This document shows positions 36,201 to 46,018 of a stretch of DNA of 64,000 nt, piece by piece; position 1 is the first letter of the stretch; every line of letters starts with the position of its first letter. The position numbers and the translations under genes were made by a program. The notes under the pieces are model-generated. The model saw only the letters and a list, made by a program, of their open reading frames with translations, had not been told where the DNA came from and searched no databases. Origin of the DNA: Gemmatimonas sp. (GTDB taxonomy: Bacteria; Gemmatimonadota; Gemmatimonadetes; Gemmatimonadales; Gemmatimonadaceae); assembly GCA_031414535.1 (NCBI GenBank), contig JANNVQ010000030.1:1-64000 (forward strand), in the 5' to 3' direction.

Positions 36201-36434
36201 CGGCAATACATGCTCGACGCGTCGTACGCGCTCACGCGTCCGCAGTGGTGGGATGTACCGGAGACGAAGTTCGGCATCCGCGGCACGCTTCGCTCACTCG
36301 ATCGCTACTCACCGCGGTACTGCCCGACCCAGGTGCCCGATGGCACGGGCACCCCGGTTTGCGATCCGCTCGCGCCAGGGTTCGCGCTGGGCCGCGAGTG
36401 GGAAATCCGCAGCTACGTCATGGTGGCCTGGTAA
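33288..36434 (+). CDS. Clan GH-A (GH2-like TIM barrel) glycosidase with long C-terminal domain
   Basis: KGVNW, GVNAIRVY, GNENNY (acid/base), TEFG (nucleophile); RBS GGAGG; signal peptide. Confidence 0.8.
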   Translation: MGSTGRAALVFSLLAVFAPAPVDGQSALPVVRVTSDPAGQRLQVDGRDFFVKGVNWDYFPVGTNYAFSLWTQPDNIISEALDREMGLLRTMGVNAIRVYNGIPARWVRYIYEKHAIWTVVNHPLGRYGLTVDGTWMPQTDYSNPRVRQLILAEVAAMTAELKDTPGVLFWLLGNENNYGLEWRSAATENLPAGERQAAKARFLYSLYGEAVQQIHGSDARPVAMANGDLQYLDIIAQEVKGLDLFGSNVYRGQSFRDLFMRVKETLGIPVVFTEFGSDAWNSRDEREDQASQAAVVLKQWEEIYANTAGKGLAGNAIGGLTFQWSDGWWKYGQETGLDVHDVNASWANEAYPSDFVQGQNNMNEEWWGIMAKGPADTRYQYDLYPRALFYGLQQAYLLDPYAAGTDRTRIAQHFSNINVAALALQARASQPASASNSSKVSVRGMRMELSTYQTGGDRISTPRGGSSVSTQYPAFQGFDRMESFYVEFEAKPTERVTARLALNVLGSVAENPIDQIFYENRGRAQIVNTTTGSQLTSDIERLRVYQASVTWDEANFRLDAFNRTGHYHWGYEGDFFGIYREANYGRNIDIYNGDAPLGMEFTGKRSFEGLKFAIGPELWWGANPAAIIKYRRNVLGFVVTGLFQEDIARNNPGAAQSSFAIPIPQARRATLHASTMVGPFGVEVGGIWSGGSRMGQTFQFVEGTSGAYTVFEDQINGSDAIGGKAKVTFSRGRLNWYAQAASMGLIADGGPTSVQTFTGWSLKDTGLNNQFNVLSGFTWLMGSLSIAPNFLYQVPIVGPIPNDAPPPARKRNVIEDPFAVRANRETVGGELLLTWDPTPATWMYQWDNDMREDARFAASLGYTFRHMPTQQDAAIGILGDGRTTFAFPGSTPARDLWEVRARVITRLGDNTRVIVNGLVGTAEPNGDSQRLVSRSSLDLRLVHKQLKIVGAAKLNDFGPYDYHRDFNLTFPRQYMLDASYALTRPQWWDVPETKFGIRGTLRSLDRYSPRYCPTQVPDGTGTPVCDPLAPGFALGREWEIRSYVMVAW

Positions 36435-36444
36435 GGTGACAGCA

Positions 36445-38640
36445 ATGGATGTGCAGGAAGAAATGAGCGTGGCAGAACGCGTACAAGAACTCCTCGGGCG
36501 CATGACGCTCGAGGAGAAGATTGGGCAGCTACAGATGATGCCCGCCGGCGGCTGGCACGTGCCCGACCATCTGCGGGACGCCATCCGCGGCGGTCGCGTG
36601 GGCTCGGTGCTCAACGAGGTGCACGTGGAGACGGTGAACGAACTACAGCGCCTCGCCACGCAGGAAAGCCGCCTCGGTATTCCGTTGCTCGTGGGGCGTG
36701 ATGTTATTCACGGGTTCAAGACGGTGTTTCCCATTCCGCTTGGGCAAGCGGCCACCTGGAATCCGGAGATCGTGGAGAGTGGAGCCCGCATCGCAGCACT
36801 CGAAGCCGCAAGCCACGGCGTGAACTGGACCTTCGCACCAATGCTCGATGTGGGACGTGATCCCCGTTGGGGCCGTGTGGCCGAGGGCTTCGGGGAAGAC
36901 CCTTATCTAATTGGCGTGATGGGCGCTGCCTCCGTGCGCGGCTATCAGGGGAAGCGCTTGGACGAAGTGGGGAGCATCGCGGCCTGCGCCAAGCACTTCG
37001 CTGGCTATGGTGCCTCCGAGAGTGGCCGCGACTACAACACAACCAACATCCCAGAGAACGAACTGCGCAACGTCCACCTGCCGCCTTTCTCGGCGGCGGT
37101 AGATGCAGGGTGCGCGACCATCATGACCTCGTTCTCTGATATTGATGGGATTCCCGCCACCGCCAATGAATTCTTGCTGCGCCGCGTCCTCCGCGGCGAG
37201 TGGGAATTCGATGGTGTGGTGGTGAGCGACTGGGAATCCATCCGTCAACTTGCCGTACACGGGCTCACCGAAGGCGATCGGGATTCGGCAGTCGAGGCCG
37301 CCACCGCTGGCGTTGATGTGGAGATGACGAGCACCGCGTATCGCGACCACCTCGCTTCGCTCATCGAGGAAGGCCGGATCCCGCTCGCCACCTTGGATGC
37401 GCTGGTGGCCAACATCCTCGCGCTCAAGTTCAAGCTCGGCTTGTTTGAATCGCCGATGACGGACGCAAACGCCTTCCCGGCCATCGGTGCGCCCGCGCAT
37501 CTCGCCGCGGCACGCGCTGCCGCCACCGAGAGTGTGGTACTCCTCAAGAACGCGCACGGGATGCTGCCCCTCAATGCGGCACACATCTCGCGCCTCGCCG
37601 TCATTGGCCCCTTCGCGGACGACGCGCACGAGCAGCTTGGTACGTGGATCTTTGACGGCGATGCTGGAATGAGCGTGCCGCTGTTACCTGCCCTGCGCTC
37701 GATGCATCCCGAAATGGAAATTGTGCACGCGCGGGGTCTCGCGACCGGGCGCAGCCACGACCATCACGGGTTCGCCGAGGCCGTTTCTGCGGCCGAACAG
37801 AGCGATGCGGTTGTACTCGTGCTTGGCGAGGAGGCCATCCTTTCAGGCGAAGCGCATTGTCGCAGCGACATCACGCTTCCTGGCGCCCAAGAGGCGCTGA
37901 TTGAGGCTATCGCTGCCACTGGTAAGCCTGTGGTTCTCGTCCTGATGGCGGGCCGCGCACTCGCACTGGAATCCGTGGTGCCAAAGGTTCACGCCCTGCT
38001 CTATGCTTGGCATCCGGGTACGATGGGCGGGCCAGCACTCGCGGACCTACTGTTTGGCCGCATTGCGCCGAGCGGCAAGCTGCCGGTCACGCTTCCCCGC
38101 GTGACGGGCCAGATTCCCATTTACTACGCGCAGAAGCGCACGGGAAAGCCGCCCACGCCGGAGTCCGTCGTGCGCATGGAAGACATTCCGGCGCGCGCCG
38201 AGCAGCTGTCCATCGGCAACACGTCTTTTCACTTGGACGTGCATCCCTCTCCGCTATTTCCCTTTGGCTATGGCCTCTCGTACACCAGCTTCCATTACGA
38301 GAACCTGCAGCTGAGCAGCCACCACCTGAAGCGAGGGGAGTCGCTCATCATCACGGTGGATTTGAGCAACGCGGGTGCTCACGAAGCAACCGAAGTCGTG
38401 CAGTTGTATGCGCGAGACCCCGTGGCCAGCGTGACGAGACCTGTGCGCGAACTGAAGGCATTTGCACGCATAACTCTCGCGCCCGGCGAGCGCCGTCAGG
38501 TATCGTTCACCCTCAAGTCCAGTGACCTGGCCTTCTTTGGACGCGCCATGACCCAAGTGGTTGAGCCTGGCCAGTTTCACCTCTGGGTGGGCGGCAGCAG
38601 CGAGGCCGAGCTACACCAAGAGTTCACGTTGGTTGATTGA
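36445..38640 (+). CDS. GH3 beta-glucosidase (BglX-like)
   Basis: DVIHG, RDPRWGR, KHF, VVSDW; Fn3-like RPVRELKAF. Confidence 0.93.
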   Translation: MDVQEEMSVAERVQELLGRMTLEEKIGQLQMMPAGGWHVPDHLRDAIRGGRVGSVLNEVHVETVNELQRLATQESRLGIPLLVGRDVIHGFKTVFPIPLGQAATWNPEIVESGARIAALEAASHGVNWTFAPMLDVGRDPRWGRVAEGFGEDPYLIGVMGAASVRGYQGKRLDEVGSIAACAKHFAGYGASESGRDYNTTNIPENELRNVHLPPFSAAVDAGCATIMTSFSDIDGIPATANEFLLRRVLRGEWEFDGVVVSDWESIRQLAVHGLTEGDRDSAVEAATAGVDVEMTSTAYRDHLASLIEEGRIPLATLDALVANILALKFKLGLFESPMTDANAFPAIGAPAHLAAARAAATESVVLLKNAHGMLPLNAAHISRLAVIGPFADDAHEQLGTWIFDGDAGMSVPLLPALRSMHPEMEIVHARGLATGRSHDHHGFAEAVSAAEQSDAVVLVLGEEAILSGEAHCRSDITLPGAQEALIEAIAATGKPVVLVLMAGRALALESVVPKVHALLYAWHPGTMGGPALADLLFGRIAPSGKLPVTLPRVTGQIPIYYAQKRTGKPPTPESVVRMEDIPARAEQLSIGNTSFHLDVHPSPLFPFGYGLSYTSFHYENLQLSSHHLKRGESLIITVDLSNAGAHEATEVVQLYARDPVASVTRPVRELKAFARITLAPGERRQVSFTLKSSDLAFFGRAMTQVVEPGQFHLWVGGSSEAELHQEFTLVD

Positions 38641-38650
38641 CCTTACTGAA

Positions 38651-40450
38651 ATGACTGCGACCCTGACTACCATGGATGCCAAAACCCGCGCGGAGTCCCT
38701 CCTGGGGCAGATGCGCCTCGAACATAAGCTCGGCCAGATGATCCAAGCTGAGCGCGCCAGTACGACCCCCGACGACGTGGAGCGCTATCACCTCGGCTCC
38801 GTGTTGAGCGGTGGCGGCAGTGTACCGGGAGCCAACCGTGTGGAGGATTGGGTGGCCATGAACGACGCCTACTGGATGGCGTCCATGAGCACGGCCGATG
38901 GCCGCATGCCCATTCCTCTGCTCTATGCTATTGATGCCATTCACGGCAACGCCAATGTGCTTGGCGCGACCGTGTTTCCACATAATATCGGGCTCGGCGC
39001 GGCGCGCGATCCGGAATTGATTGAACGTCTCGCCCGCGTCTGCGCCGAAGAAGTGCTGGCCACGGGTCTCGATTGGACGTTTGCCCCCACGCTGGCCGTG
39101 GTGCGCAACATCAAGTGGGGCCGCACCTACGAGAGCTTCTCGGAAGATTCCGACGTGGTAGCCTCGTATGCGGCGCAGTACGTGCGCGGCCTGCAGGGCG
39201 CGCTGGACGACAACGGCGTGATTGCCTGCGCCAAGCATTGGATTGGCGATGGCGGCACCACCGGTGGCGTGGACCAAGGCAATACCGCCATCTCTGAAGA
39301 CGAGCTCCTGCGGGTGCACTCGGCGCCGTATCTCCCAGCCCTGCAGGCCGGCGTCCTCACCGTGATGGCCTCCTTCAATAGCTGGAACCACGAGAAGTGC
39401 CACGCCTCACGCTACCTGCTGACGGACGTGCTCAAGGGCCGACTGGGCTTCGATGGCTTCGTGGTGTCCGATTGGGACGGCGTAGATCAGCTCGACACTG
39501 ATTTGGCCACGGCGCTCGCGACCGCAATCAACGCCGGCGTAGACATGGTCATGGTGTCGGTGGACTGGAAGCGCATGCTGGGCACGCTGCGGCAGTTGGT
39601 GGAAGACGGCCGCGTACCGGAGTCGCGCATTGATGACGCCGTGCGACGTATTCTCGAAGTGAAGGCCCGCGCCGGACTATTTGAGCGCGCGCGGCCCGCC
39701 GATCGTCCGTGGGCGAATAGCGATTCGTTCGGCGGCGCCGCGCACCGTGCCATCGCGCGCGAAGCTGTGCAGAAGTCGCTGGTGCTGCTCAAGCATGAGG
39801 GTGGCCTACTGCCCGTGTCCAAGAACGCGCGCTTGCTTGTTGCCGGTAAGAACGCCAACGACCGCGGCCATCAGTGCGGTGGCTTCACCGTGGAGTGGCA
39901 GGGCACGCACGGCAACGACCGCATCGTCGGCGGCACGTCCATCTGGGAAGGCATTCACGCAGTCGCGCCGCAGGCCGAACTGAGCTGGGACGGCTCGGCA
40001 GCCGACAAGAGCAAGCACGACGTGGCCATCGTCGTGATTGGTGAAGCGCCGTACGCCGAAGGCATGGGTGATATCCGGCACGGCGGTGCAGTGGCGCGAG
40101 GCTCGGGAGTGCAAACCATGACCAACCTCGCGCCATATGGAAGCACACTGGTGCTTGCAGAGCGGCATCCGGAAGACTTGGCCACCATCCAGCGGATTCG
40201 GGCGGAGGGCATCCCTGTAATCGCCGTGCTCGTGAGCGGGCGTCCGCTGGTCACCAACGCAGAGATGGCGGCCTCACAGGCCTTTGTGGCGGCTTGGCTG
40301 CCCGGTTCTGAGGGCGCTGGCGTAGCCGACGTGCTCTTCGGCGATGTCCAATTCCGCGGCACCCTTCCCTTCACCTGGCCGTCCACCGATGAAGGTGCGC
40401 ACGGCCAGATGGTGGCGGCCTTCCCGCACGGCTACAGCGTCACGCTGTAG
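38651..40450 (+). CDS. GH3 beta-glucosidase/exo-beta-glucanase
   Basis: LSGGGS, DAIHG, WGRTYES, KHW, VVSDW, PYAEG.GD. Confidence 0.92.
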   Translation: MTATLTTMDAKTRAESLLGQMRLEHKLGQMIQAERASTTPDDVERYHLGSVLSGGGSVPGANRVEDWVAMNDAYWMASMSTADGRMPIPLLYAIDAIHGNANVLGATVFPHNIGLGAARDPELIERLARVCAEEVLATGLDWTFAPTLAVVRNIKWGRTYESFSEDSDVVASYAAQYVRGLQGALDDNGVIACAKHWIGDGGTTGGVDQGNTAISEDELLRVHSAPYLPALQAGVLTVMASFNSWNHEKCHASRYLLTDVLKGRLGFDGFVVSDWDGVDQLDTDLATALATAINAGVDMVMVSVDWKRMLGTLRQLVEDGRVPESRIDDAVRRILEVKARAGLFERARPADRPWANSDSFGGAAHRAIAREAVQKSLVLLKHEGGLLPVSKNARLLVAGKNANDRGHQCGGFTVEWQGTHGNDRIVGGTSIWEGIHAVAPQAELSWDGSAADKSKHDVAIVVIGEAPYAEGMGDIRHGGAVARGSGVQTMTNLAPYGSTLVLAERHPEDLATIQRIRAEGIPVIAVLVSGRPLVTNAEMAASQAFVAAWLPGSEGAGVADVLFGDVQFRGTLPFTWPSTDEGAHGQMVAAFPHGYSVTL

Positions 40451-40468
40451 CCGCGGTCTTTACTCGAG

Positions 40469-42028
40469 CTACACCGACGCCGTCGCAGCCTTCTCGCTGC
40501 GGCGGCGTTCGAGTTCCTCGCGGGTTACGTGCGCCCGCTCTTCGGTGATTGGATACGAGGCGATCATCCAAATCGCCAGCATGGACGTGGCCATCGGCAC
40601 AAACACGTCAAAGAGGCGCAGGAGCAAGAGCGTGCGCTCCGTCTGTGCTCCACCAAGCGCGACGTCAAAGCCGGTCGCGTTGAGCAGGAAGCCGCCAGCT
40701 GCGAGCGCCGCGGCCATACCCACCTTGACCACCCACCAGAAGATGGAGCCAAACATGCCCTCGCGGCGCTCATTGGACGTCAGCTCGTCCTCATCCACGA
40801 CGTCAGCAATCATCGAGCCCATGAGCGTGAAGAGGCCGCCGAGGCCAAATGCGATGAGCGGTGCCGGCAGTAACACCAACCACGGACGCTCGGTGTCGTA
40901 GCAGAACCACTTGAGCCCGTAGCCCAGCACGGACATGCCCGTGGAGAAGAAGAAGGCCTTCCGCTTGCCTACCTGGGTGGCGAGCCAGGTGACGATCGTG
41001 ATGACCACGAAAGTGGAGATGGCGCCAAGCGTGCCATTGTACCCGGCCCACTTCGCGCCCGCCTCCTGATCGCCGCCAAACACGTAGTAGATGATCACGT
41101 ACGAAGAGAACGACGAGATCATGATGAAGCCGTTGAACACCAGGAACGTGGCGCCGCAGAGCTTGAGATACGGCTTGGTACCGATGGTGCTCTTAAACCC
41201 CTTGAGGAAGGCGCGCATGTTGCGCGCCAACATTCCGCCGAAGGGCTCGGCGGGAGGAGCGTCCGCCAGCGGGGAACTCAGCGTCTCTTGGACTCGCTCG
41301 CGCAAGAAGATGGCCGGCAGCACGCCGATTACAATTGCCACGGTTCCAATCGCGATCGCCAGACCCTTCGCACCTTCCACCGGCGTCGGGAACCACGGCT
41401 TGTGCGTCATGATCCACAGGAACCATGGCGACACCATGTACGCCAACTGACCGATGAAGTTCTGCACGCCCATGAGGCGCGTGCGCTCATGGTAGTCCGG
41501 CGTGAGTTCGTAGCCAAGCGCCACCCAGGGCGTCGCGAAAATGGTGTAGCCCAGATAAAAAATCGTCGAGCCGATGGTGAAGTACCAGAAGTACCACATC
41601 TCGGTTTTGCCTACGGGCAACCACCACAGTGCGATGTACAGGATGCCCGAAAGCACTGCGCCGACAAAGATATACGGGCGCCGGCGTCCCCAGCGGGAGC
41701 GCGTGTTGTCGGAGATGAAGCCCATCAACGGATCGGTGAGCGCATCCGTGATGCGGGGCAGCGAACTCGCGAGCCCGACGAGCACCGGGTTCACGCCAAG
41801 GCCGAGATTCAAGATGATGAGCATGCCGCCAATCGCGGCGGCCAGCGTGTTGTTTACGAAGGCGCCTAACCCGTAGGCAATCTTCTTCAAGAACGGGATG
41901 CGATCTTCCGGCTTGGTCTCGTAATGCGCGATGGCTATGTGCTCACCGGTCTTCTTGAGCCCCAGCCGCGTATGCCAAGCTGCAATGGCAACGCGGACAA
42001 TGTCTCGCATCTCGTCGCGTGCGCTCAT
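40469..42028 (-). CDS. MFS glycoside-pentoside-hexuronide transporter
   Basis: DALTDPLMGFISDNTRSRWGRRRPY; ELTPDYHERT; SMIADVVD. Confidence 0.92.
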   Translation of the reverse strand: MSARDEMRDIVRVAIAAWHTRLGLKKTGEHIAIAHYETKPEDRIPFLKKIAYGLGAFVNNTLAAAIGGMLIILNLGLGVNPVLVGLASSLPRITDALTDPLMGFISDNTRSRWGRRRPYIFVGAVLSGILYIALWWLPVGKTEMWYFWYFTIGSTIFYLGYTIFATPWVALGYELTPDYHERTRLMGVQNFIGQLAYMVSPWFLWIMTHKPWFPTPVEGAKGLAIAIGTVAIVIGVLPAIFLRERVQETLSSPLADAPPAEPFGGMLARNMRAFLKGFKSTIGTKPYLKLCGATFLVFNGFIMISSFSSYVIIYYVFGGDQEAGAKWAGYNGTLGAISTFVVITIVTWLATQVGKRKAFFFSTGMSVLGYGLKWFCYDTERPWLVLLPAPLIAFGLGGLFTLMGSMIADVVDEDELTSNERREGMFGSIFWWVVKVGMAAALAAGGFLLNATGFDVALGGAQTERTLLLLRLFDVFVPMATSMLAIWMIASYPITEERAHVTREELERRRSEKAATASV

Positions 42029-42822
42029 GGCTTCCTCTGGGAGACACGCACCCAATCCACCAACATCTGCTGTGGAAACACCGTCCCGGCACCCACTGGA
42101 CCCACGAAGCCACCACCCACCGCGACGTTCAAGATGATGTAAAAGTCATGATTGTAGACCCAGTCGCCAGTTTGATCGCCGCGGCGCACCAGGTTGTAAA
42201 TCTGCCCATCCACATACCAACGAATCTCGCTCGGATCCCACTCTACCATGTAGATGTGAAAGTCCTCATTGAGCGGGGTGGCGCTGGTGAAGCGCCGCGT
42301 GATGCCGTTGCCCCCCGAGTAGCCAGGGCCATGAAGCGTGCCGTGATTGATGTTTGGCTCCTGCCCACGATACTCCATGATGTCAATCTCGCCGGAGCGC
42401 GGCCAGCTCACTTCCGTGATGTTCGCCCCAAGTAGCCAGAAGGCCGGCCAGATACCTTGGCCCACCGGCAACTTGATGCGCGCCTCGAAGCGACCGTACG
42501 TGAACTCCTGCTTGCCTGCCGTGGTGATGCGCGCCGAGGTGTATTGGCGACCGTTGTAACTCTCGCGGATCGCGGTGATGACCAAATTACCAGTGCCGTC
42601 GAGCGACACGTTCTGCGGACGATCGGTGTCGAACTCCAACTGCGCGTTACCCCAATCGGTGCCGATGTCGTACTTCCAGTTCGCGGCATTGGGCGAGGTC
42701 CCGGCGGCGCCGACGAACTCGTCCTCCCACACCAGTTCGTACGAGCCGAGACCCGTACTCGGGCTACAAGACCCGATGGAGACACCAGCTCCAACCAACG
42801 AAATGAGGGCGCGCAAGGTCAT
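42025..42822 (-). CDS. GH16 endo-beta-1,3-glucanase (laminarinase-like), probable lipoprotein
   Basis: WPAFW, WP.SGEIDIME, ILNVAVGG. Confidence 0.92.
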   Translation of the reverse strand: MTLRALISLVGAGVSIGSCSPSTGLGSYELVWEDEFVGAAGTSPNAANWKYDIGTDWGNAQLEFDTDRPQNVSLDGTGNLVITAIRESYNGRQYTSARITTAGKQEFTYGRFEARIKLPVGQGIWPAFWLLGANITEVSWPRSGEIDIMEYRGQEPNINHGTLHGPGYSGGNGITRRFTSATPLNEDFHIYMVEWDPSEIRWYVDGQIYNLVRRGDQTGDWVYNHDFYIILNVAVGGGFVGPVGAGTVFPQQMLVDWVRVSQRKP

Positions 42823-42850
42823 CGTGCAATAGCTCCGGTCAGTTGGTTCG

Positions 42851-44038
42851 TCAGGTGTTGCGGAGAGACGGAAAGAGCCTGGGATCCTGCAGTGCCGCGT
42901 CCAGTACCAGCGTGGCGGCACCGATGGCGATGCTTTGCGGGCCCAGCGTGCTCGTTCGAATCTCCGTGGAGGCAACCGCGGGGACGAAGGTGCGGCGCAG
43001 CGCAGATGCGCGCAGGGGCAACAGCAGGCGGTCGCCAAGCACCGCGAGGCCACCGCCCAGAATGACGGCGGCGGGGTTTAAGAGGTTGAGCATGCCAGCG
43101 ATGGCCACACCGAGGTGCTGGGCCGCTTCCTGTACCACTTGCAAGGCCAGCACATCATCACGGAGGGCAGCCTGCTCTATTCGCGAGAGCGTGACCTTGC
43201 CCGTGTTCAACTCACTCTGCGGCATGCTACCGAGCAACGCCTCCGCGCGCGCCACGAGTGCGTGTCCGCCCACAAGTGTGGTGAGGCAGCCGCGATTGCC
43301 GCACACGCAGAGTTCGCCACGTGGATCAATGGCCACGTGACCAATCTCGCCTGCGACGCCACTCGCACCGCGCCTAATGGCGCCGCCAATGAAGTGCCCC
43401 GCGCCGATGCCCGTGGCCACCTTGATGAAAGTGAAATCCTGCAGGCCTTGGGCCCCGCCCCACCAATGCTCAGCTAAAGCGCCACAATTGGCGTCGTTAT
43501 CCACCTGCACGGGCACGCGGTACTTGGATAGCAATGACTTAAAGCCGTGTAAGCCCTGCCAAGCAGGGAGCGCCACCGTCGAAACGCGTTCGGGATGGTT
43601 TGGGTCCACGGGGCTGGGGACGGCAACACCGATGCCCACCAGCCGGCGACGTGGAATGCCTGACATCGCCGCGTCGCAGAGATTGGCGATGACCTCGCGT
43701 GTCCCATCTGGGTCTGCTTGGACGGCCTGTTCCTTTCCGAACCAGGCGTGCACGCGCCCGCGCAAATCCACGCGCGCCACCGACACGTGAGACGCGCCCA
43801 TATCCACACCGATGATGTCGAAGGCCTCGTCCTGGAACTCAAGAACGATGGGGCGACGCCCGCCACGCGAGGCGCCTGCACCCGCCTCCGCCACGAGGCC
43901 GGAGGCGAGCAGGGGCTCCACAATCTCAGAGACTGTGGAGCGAGAAAGTCCGAGCCGCTGCGCAATTTCTGCGCGGGAAATGCGATGCTCCGACCAAATC
44001 AGTCGGAGCACCGCATCGGCTAAAGGGCTACGGGGCAT
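42851..44038 (-). CDS. ROK family transcriptional regulator
   Basis: wHTH ISRAEIAQRLGLSRSTVS; GGRRP; DNDAN; GEIGH..CVCGNRGC. Confidence 0.93.
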   Translation of the reverse strand: MPRSPLADAVLRLIWSEHRISRAEIAQRLGLSRSTVSEIVEPLLASGLVAEAGAGASRGGRRPIVLEFQDEAFDIIGVDMGASHVSVARVDLRGRVHAWFGKEQAVQADPDGTREVIANLCDAAMSGIPRRRLVGIGVAVPSPVDPNHPERVSTVALPAWQGLHGFKSLLSKYRVPVQVDNDANCGALAEHWWGGAQGLQDFTFIKVATGIGAGHFIGGAIRRGASGVAGEIGHVAIDPRGELCVCGNRGCLTTLVGGHALVARAEALLGSMPQSELNTGKVTLSRIEQAALRDDVLALQVVQEAAQHLGVAIAGMLNLLNPAAVILGGGLAVLGDRLLLPLRASALRRTFVPAVASTEIRTSTLGPQSIAIGAATLVLDAALQDPRLFPSLRNT

Positions 44039-44050
44039 CGGCGTCGGAGG

Positions 44051-44078
44051 TCCGGGGGACGGTACTCCGTCCCCCGGA
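44051..44078. terminator. Intergenic hairpin
   Basis: TCCGGGGGACGG-TACT-CCGTCCCCCGGA, a perfect 12-bp stem. Confidence 0.6.
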
Positions 44079-44086
44079 GTCCGTTG

Positions 44087-45964
44087 CTAGCGGTGCAGAA
44101 GAACGTTGTCCACGAAGAGCGTGTTCAACGCGCCTGTACCCACGAAGATGTACTGGGCAAGATTCGCGCGGGTCGTAAGACCCGTAAACTGGGACAACGG
44201 GATGTCGAGCGTAATCCAGCTTCCGGCGGTCACCGCCGGCGTGGAGCTGGCCGAGAAGGTCAATTCATGTTCCACGTCGTCACCGCCGCCGAACGCCGCG
44301 TTGGCACCGAAATCTACCAACTTCACGCGGAAGTCCACGCCGGCCACAATGGCATCGGGCGTCCAGATGTCCATCCGGAAGTGCGTCATCGTGGTCGCGT
44401 TGATCTGGCTCGCCACGGTCTCGACGCCGACAAAGTTCAAGCTCGTGTACTTCTTCACATCATTGCCGGCCACCTGCTCATCGGTGAGCGTGGCGTCGCT
44501 CCAGCCCGTGCGCCAGGTGTCCACCGTACGGTTGGTGTAGGCATTGCTGAACAGCGAGATGACGTCGCCAGCAGCGTAAGTCGGCGTGGGCGCGGCCGTC
44601 GTCGGTGCCGTCGGCGTTGCCACGCGGTAGAAGTACACGTTGTCAATGTAGGTGATCGGGCTCGACCCGACGAGAATCATCTGCGCGACTGCCTGCCGGC
44701 CCGTCATGCCCGCGAAGGCCGAGAGCGGCAGGTCAATGCTGTTCCACGCGCCCGCCGTGATGGCTGGTGAGGACGTGGCATTCAGCACGACCTCGTGCTC
44801 GCTGTCATCGCCGCCACCGAAGGTCCCATTGGCGCCGAAGTTCACGAGCTTCACGCGGAAGTTCGAGTTGCTGTTCACATAGGCATCAATGTGAAAGTGC
44901 GTCATCGTGGTCGCGTTCACCGGAGCGGTGGTGAACTCGACGCCCGCGAATACCAAGTTGGCATAGCGCTTCGTCGCATTGCCGGCGATGGTCACATCCG
45001 TGACATCAGCTTGGTCCCACGAAGCCGACCAGGTATCCACGGTACGGTTCGTGTACGTGTTGCTGAAGAGCGAGATGACGTCCGCCGCCAAGCGCGTCGG
45101 CACCGGCGCGGCCACCGTCGGGGCCGCCACCGCCGTCAGGGCAACCGTGCCAACGGCCGCCGTGCTGCCGAGCGTGGCGGTCACGTTGGTCGTGCCCGCC
45201 GTCAGCACCGTCACGAGGCCGGACGCGTTCACCGACGCCACGGCCGGCGCACTGGAGACGAAGTTGAAGTAGGCGGCGCCGGCGCTCTGGGACTGGTCCA
45301 CGCCACCGACCGCGTAGGTCACGTTCAAACCGCTCAACTGCTGCGTGGCGCCGATTTCCGTCGTGATCGCCGATGCGGTCATCGTCGGGCGCGGGTTCGT
45401 GATGGTGGTGACGGAGTCGTACTGGATGTCATCCAGCCACAGGTCGTAACCGCTGGCGCCCTCGGGGCCTTCCGCAAAGAAAAAGAGCCCGCGCTCGGAG
45501 GTCAGCTTCGAGGCGAGCGGAATCGGAATTGTGTACTTCTGCCACGTGGTTGTGAGCGCGATGTTGTTGCGCTCGGACGTGTAGAGTGAGGTACCCGTGT
45601 TGTCGTTGCCAATACCGGCCACATTGAGCGTGGCGGCCACCGAGGAGCGCGCATAGAAGGTCAGCGCATTGTAAGCCGAGAGGTCACGCGGCGCCGAGGC
45701 CACGAATGCACCGCCCGAGTACGAGCCCGGCGCGGGAATCGTCACCTTGAGCGAAGCCGTGCCGCGGAACTTGACCGTATTGTCGAGGGACACCGCATCG
45801 AGCTTGGACCCAGAGAACGCCTGGAAGTCCGACGCGATGAAGTTGTCAATGAAGACGCGGCCGTCCTTGGGGGTGCCGGCAAGTCCGGTCGGGCCGTCAT
45901 CCCGACAAGCCAGCATTGATACTGAAAGGACGGTCGCAAGCACGAGGGCATGACGCGTACGCAT
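44087..45964 (-). CDS. Lipoprotein with CBM-like, Ig-like and two repeated domains (putative surface glycan-binding protein)
   Basis: Lipobox MLAC; SSAPAVASVNASGLVT (Big_2-like); DVISLFSNxYTNRTVDTW...GGGDDxEHE occurs twice. Confidence 0.7.
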   Translation of the reverse strand: MRTRHALVLATVLSVSMLACRDDGPTGLAGTPKDGRVFIDNFIASDFQAFSGSKLDAVSLDNTVKFRGTASLKVTIPAPGSYSGGAFVASAPRDLSAYNALTFYARSSVAATLNVAGIGNDNTGTSLYTSERNNIALTTTWQKYTIPIPLASKLTSERGLFFFAEGPEGASGYDLWLDDIQYDSVTTITNPRPTMTASAITTEIGATQQLSGLNVTYAVGGVDQSQSAGAAYFNFVSSAPAVASVNASGLVTVLTAGTTNVTATLGSTAAVGTVALTAVAAPTVAAPVPTRLAADVISLFSNTYTNRTVDTWSASWDQADVTDVTIAGNATKRYANLVFAGVEFTTAPVNATTMTHFHIDAYVNSNSNFRVKLVNFGANGTFGGGDDSEHEVVLNATSSPAITAGAWNSIDLPLSAFAGMTGRQAVAQMILVGSSPITYIDNVYFYRVATPTAPTTAAPTPTYAAGDVISLFSNAYTNRTVDTWRTGWSDATLTDEQVAGNDVKKYTSLNFVGVETVASQINATTMTHFRMDIWTPDAIVAGVDFRVKLVDFGANAAFGGGDDVEHELTFSASSTPAVTAGSWITLDIPLSQFTGLTTRANLAQYIFVGTGALNTLFVDNVLLHR

Positions 45965-46018
45965 TCGTTCACTCCGGGTCCGGTGGACCGATTGAGGTCC
46001 GCGCCGGGCGCGGGCCTG

